Below are positions 62,401-64,000 of a DNA stretch of 64,000 nucleotides, piece by piece; the first letter of the stretch is position 1, and each line of letters opens with the position of its first letter. The notes under the pieces are model-generated. The model ran no database searches, was not told the origin of the DNA, and saw nothing but the letters and a program-made list of their open reading frames with translations. The translations under genes and the position numbers were made by a program. Source of the DNA: Tubulanus polymorphus (taxonomy: Eukaryota; Animalia; Nemertea); contig NC_134032.1 in the NCBI RefSeq assembly GCF_964204645.1, positions 9,908,275-9,972,274 on the forward strand, given 5' to 3'.

Positions 62401-63528
62401 TGGAAACAGATTTGATGATGTCATGGGGGGATATTTGACTATGTGATGGCACAAATCAGGCTCTGTTATTGTTCGATTATAAACGAATCTGTATGATCTA
62501 TTTTTAGGAGACTCCTCCGTTGAGTCCGATATCTCCAGAGCGTCGCGCTCCTGGTTTAGCCGAGCGGATGAGTTTGCCGAACAGCCCAACAATCGAAGAC
62601 GATCATCTCACGCCGCGCCCCCTATCGGACGATGAGGCAAAACGATTAGATCGAGAATGTCACGAACGTTTCATTAAACTGAACGTTAAGCATATAACGG
62701 ACGGACTGGTGAGTCTCATCTCGGAACCAGTATCAAAACCGGTATTAATCCGTTCGATTTGTTCCAGGAACTAAGCGAACGTAGACTGGTCTTAAAATGC
62801 GTTCACTGCCGGCTACGAATATACTATCCGATGCACTTCGACTCTACTCTATCCATTATATAACTATTCGGCCAATGCTATGATACCTAGGGGCCGGTTT
62901 TATAGACTGGTATTATTATCTTTAACCCTCGGGCCAGTTGCATAGTCCTGGCTTAGACTGAACACCGGTGTTAGACCAACTTTGTTCCATAGCCAATCTA
63001 ACAACTGAAGACTAGTCTTAAGATTTAAGTCCACTTTTGGACTTACGCCACGTGCGTGCAACAGACCCCTGGGGTTAATTAAATTGAATATGAATTGAGC
63101 TGACCCTAGGGTTAAGGTTACCACCAGTATATAAAACCAGGCCCTGGAGCGCAATTGAATTCTGTCATCATGAAAAACTGTGCTGTGCAAATTTATATCT
63201 ATTATTGTTATTATTATGAATGATGATAATGATGAAATTTATTTAGGTAACGCTCCCCAGTACATAGTGGTTTACGTAAAATACATCATTATATTAAATC
63301 TCGATAAAACGTCATTTATGAATGATGGGTTTTGTCTATTTTGCAGGGAGTGGTAGCCGGCGTTTTGCTGGTGACTCCGAACGCGATCATGTTCGACCCG
63401 AACGTCTCCGATCCGCTGGTCATCGAACACAGCGCCGACATGTACGGAATGATAGCGCCGCTCGATACGGTCATCAGCGTTGCCATGTACCACGATATCG
63501 CGGCGATGAAACTGAAAAGCGCTCCGAA
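28928..63528 (+). CDS. OXR1: OXR1/NCOA7-family protein (LysM, GRAM-like; TLDc expected beyond the window), 5' partial gene
   Basis: Phase-consistent exons: 28928-28992 (MATERKKSFKDKAKEKLGFGT), [35326-35358], 40059-40201 (TKSKSMD..), 58163-58380 (LysM), 59153-59263 (ILYIPD), [60496-60541 + 61727-61794], 62508-62708 (ERFIKLNVKHITDG), 63347-63528 (GVVAGVLLVTPNAIMFDPNVSDPLVIE). This is probably the single invertebrate pro-orthologue of OXR1 and NCOA7. Linking the 5' exons to the LysM exon is inferred from splice phase. Confidence 0.85.
29650..30170. repeat. About 60-bp minisatellite (TCAATCCAGGGTTCATGTGTTTGAATCCTGGTGGT..CAGTCAGT); second cluster at 50265-50485
   Basis: About 8 degenerate tandem units, and the same unit recurs about 20 kb downstream. 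Confidence 0.85.
31335..31429 (+). mobile_element. L2-type LINE/SINE 3' tail with (TTA)n microsatellite
   Basis: AAGCGCTTTGAGC..GGAAAAGCGCTATA stem-loop followed by about 17 TTA units. Confidence 0.5.
31895..32410. repeat. 41-bp minisatellite (CATTTTGGTTCTATAGCCAATCTAACAACTTAGGACCAGGT)
   Basis: Period 41 (for example 31940 to 31981). The unit also occurs singly in MITE-like copies at about 7050, 21450, 42400 (inverted) and 62985. Confidence 0.85.
33860..34640. repeat. 61-bp minisatellite, about 12 copies
   Basis: GTGTCCAACTGCCACTTTAGTTTGCCAGTTAGTCCACTGGTCATTTTGTTGGCTGGTCAGT units, with alternating TCCACT/TTCATT variants. Confidence 0.92.
37150..38215. repeat. Two degenerate arrays of GGATCCAGTTCCAC in opposite orientation flanking small palindromic elements
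   Basis: 37150-37630 reads GATCCAGTTCCAC and 37900-38215 reads GTGGAACTGG/GTGGAACTAG; inverted repeats lie between them at 37701-37784 and 37788-37892. Confidence 0.6.
39295..39665. repeat. About 25-bp-based compound minisatellite (AAGAATCCTCAACTGCCAGAGCAAT)
   Basis: Tandem degenerate units alternating with CTGCCAGGGCTGT(T)GG(G)AAACC. Confidence 0.8.
44586..44873. mobile_element. piggyBac-like MITE (about 290 bp, TTAA TSD)
   Basis: TTAA|CTCTTTCAGTGC...GCACTGAAAGGG|TTAA. Confidence 0.8.
45819..46076. mobile_element. piggyBac-like MITE, internally deleted copy
   Basis: TTAA|CCCTTTCAG...GCACTGAAAGGG|TTAA with the same body as the 44586 and 51536 copies. Confidence 0.8.
46640..48398. mobile_element. 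Foldback-type non-autonomous DNA element with about 500-bp inverted arms
   Basis: AATAAAGAAGTTTCCAGTTTCTAGGCGCCATTTTGTGGCGGTCCCTCGAGG.. (46640 to about 47140) is mirrored at about 47895-48398. The mirrored pseudo-ORFs 46700-46891(-) and 48147-48440(+) confirm the symmetry. It is inserted next to a TA-rich microsatellite and has no transposase in the spacer. Confidence 0.85.
48768..48903. repeat. 41-bp tandem repeat, about 3.3 copies
   Basis: CCCATGGGAGTCACCAGAACAGGAGTCACAGCCAGTCCACA units. Confidence 0.9.
51536..51824. mobile_element. piggyBac-like MITE (289 bp, TTAA TSD); partial or reversed copies at about 10803-10898, 14960-15021, 17275-17485, 18568-18652, 34945-35217
   Basis: TTAA|CCCTTTCAGTGC...GCACTGAAAGGG|TTAA; CCC termini with a TTAA duplication are diagnostic of the piggyBac superfamily. 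Confidence 0.85.
52006..52728. mobile_element. MITE with GGTAAAAATCCCC subterminal repeats and an AT-rich core
   Basis: Tandem GGTAAAAATCCCC at 52017-52086 and inverted GGGGATTTTTACC copies at 52620-52718. Confidence 0.7.
54341..54596 (+). CDS. Alternative first coding exon of the OXR1/NCOA7-like gene (85 aa)
   Basis: ATG-initiated CpG-rich ORF MGYYEKTSRF..YSQLEFDVLRKLE ending G|GTGGGT (phase 1), compatible with the phase-1 LysM exon acceptor at 58163. Confidence 0.6.
58163..58380 (+). CDS. OXR1: LysM-domain exon of the OXR1/NCOA7-like gene (absent from the ORF track)
   Basis: Translates DSADSGG..GCVDYEVKSTDTLAKIAALFDTTPSELAKLNRLSARIVFQGQ; TTAG acceptor and CAG|GTACGT donor. Confidence 0.9.
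58575..58875 (+). mobile_element. 5'-truncated L2/CR1-group LINE 3' end
   Basis: Degenerate translation LRSNDQSVLVIPRV..RSFAYSAPVLWNNLP..IDVFKSRLKTHSF is typical of L2 ORF2 C-termini; it is followed by AATAAA and (TTA)n. Confidence 0.75.
61143..61607. mobile_element. PIF/Harbinger-like MITE (TAA TSD)
   Basis: TAA|AGCTAAGCATACATCGAC..GGAGACAACTAGTTGC ... GCAACTAGTTGTCTCC..GTCGATGTGTGCTAGGCT|TAA, with internal CACATCGA repeats. Confidence 0.7.
63347..63528 (+). CDS. OXR1: GRAM-like domain exon of the OXR1/NCOA7-like gene
   Basis: GVVAGVLLVTPNAIMFDPNVSDPLVIEHSADMYGMIAPL is the family hallmark; TTGCAG acceptor and GTAAGA donor. Confidence 0.92.
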
Positions 63529-63673
63529 GTAAGATTTACGCGATGTTTCGCGATTTTTCGAAAGTTTAACAGTGCGACGGTTGTCAGTGATCTCAATAAA
63601 TAGTCACGCTTACTGAAAAATCAACCATATGCTACGTAACTCAGCACATTTGCTGCTGACTAGAAGTTACCAC

Positions 63674-64000
63674 GTAGTTCCAGTTTAGCCATCATTGCGA
63701 CTATGAGTTATCTAGTAGTTCCAGTTCAGCCATCATTGCAACTATGAGTTATCTAGTAGTTCCAGTTTAGCCATCATTGCGACTATGAGTTATCTAGTAG
63801 TTCCAGTTTAGCCATCATTGCCACTATGAGTTATCTAGTAGTTCCAGTTTAGCCATCATTGCCACTATGAGTTATCTAGTAGTTCCAGTTCAGCCATCAT
63901 TGCAACTATGAGTTATCTAGTAGTTCCAGTTTAGCCATCATTGCGACTATGAGTTATCTAGTAGTTCCAGTTTAGCCATCATTGCGACTTTGAGTTATCT
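63674..64000. repeat. 41-bp minisatellite, about 8 copies, running off the window
   Basis: GTAGTTCCAGTTTAGCCATCATTGCGACTATGAGTTATCTA head-to-tail with no spacers. Confidence 0.95.

Noticed and set aside
63674-64000. Regular 41-bp array (and the 61-bp array at 33860-34640) as a CRISPR array
   Set aside because: The units are head-to-tail with no unique spacers, there are no cas genes, and the context is a eukaryotic intron.

Overview
This is eukaryotic animal genomic DNA with GT-AG introns, CpG-rich exons and MITE/minisatellite-rich introns. It looks like a lophotrochozoan invertebrate, possibly a nemertean, but that is inference only. Four protein-coding genes can be reconstructed by hand. 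(1) A two-coding-exon, 50-aa secreted cysteine-knot (toxin-like) peptide on the minus strand (1914-3017), which the ORF track only partly captures. (2) A 26-exon WDR97-like WD40 gene on + (5403-22513) with a candidate 558-nt cassette exon. (3) CDT1 on the minus strand (24940-27201) with an intronless CDS. (4) The 5' part of an OXR1/NCOA7-family LysM-GRAM(-TLDc) gene on + (from 28928, running off the window), with an alternative first exon and microexons, sitting head-to-head with CDT1. A roughly 320-nt run of stem-loops at 3838-4155 is a candidate non-coding RNA. Introns carry piggyBac-, Tc1/mariner-, hAT- and PIF-like MITEs, a 1.76-kb foldback element, L2-type LINE tails and several minisatellites. 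I found no rRNA, intact tRNA, CRISPR array or autonomous transposase. All exon coordinates were read manually and are not transcript-verified.
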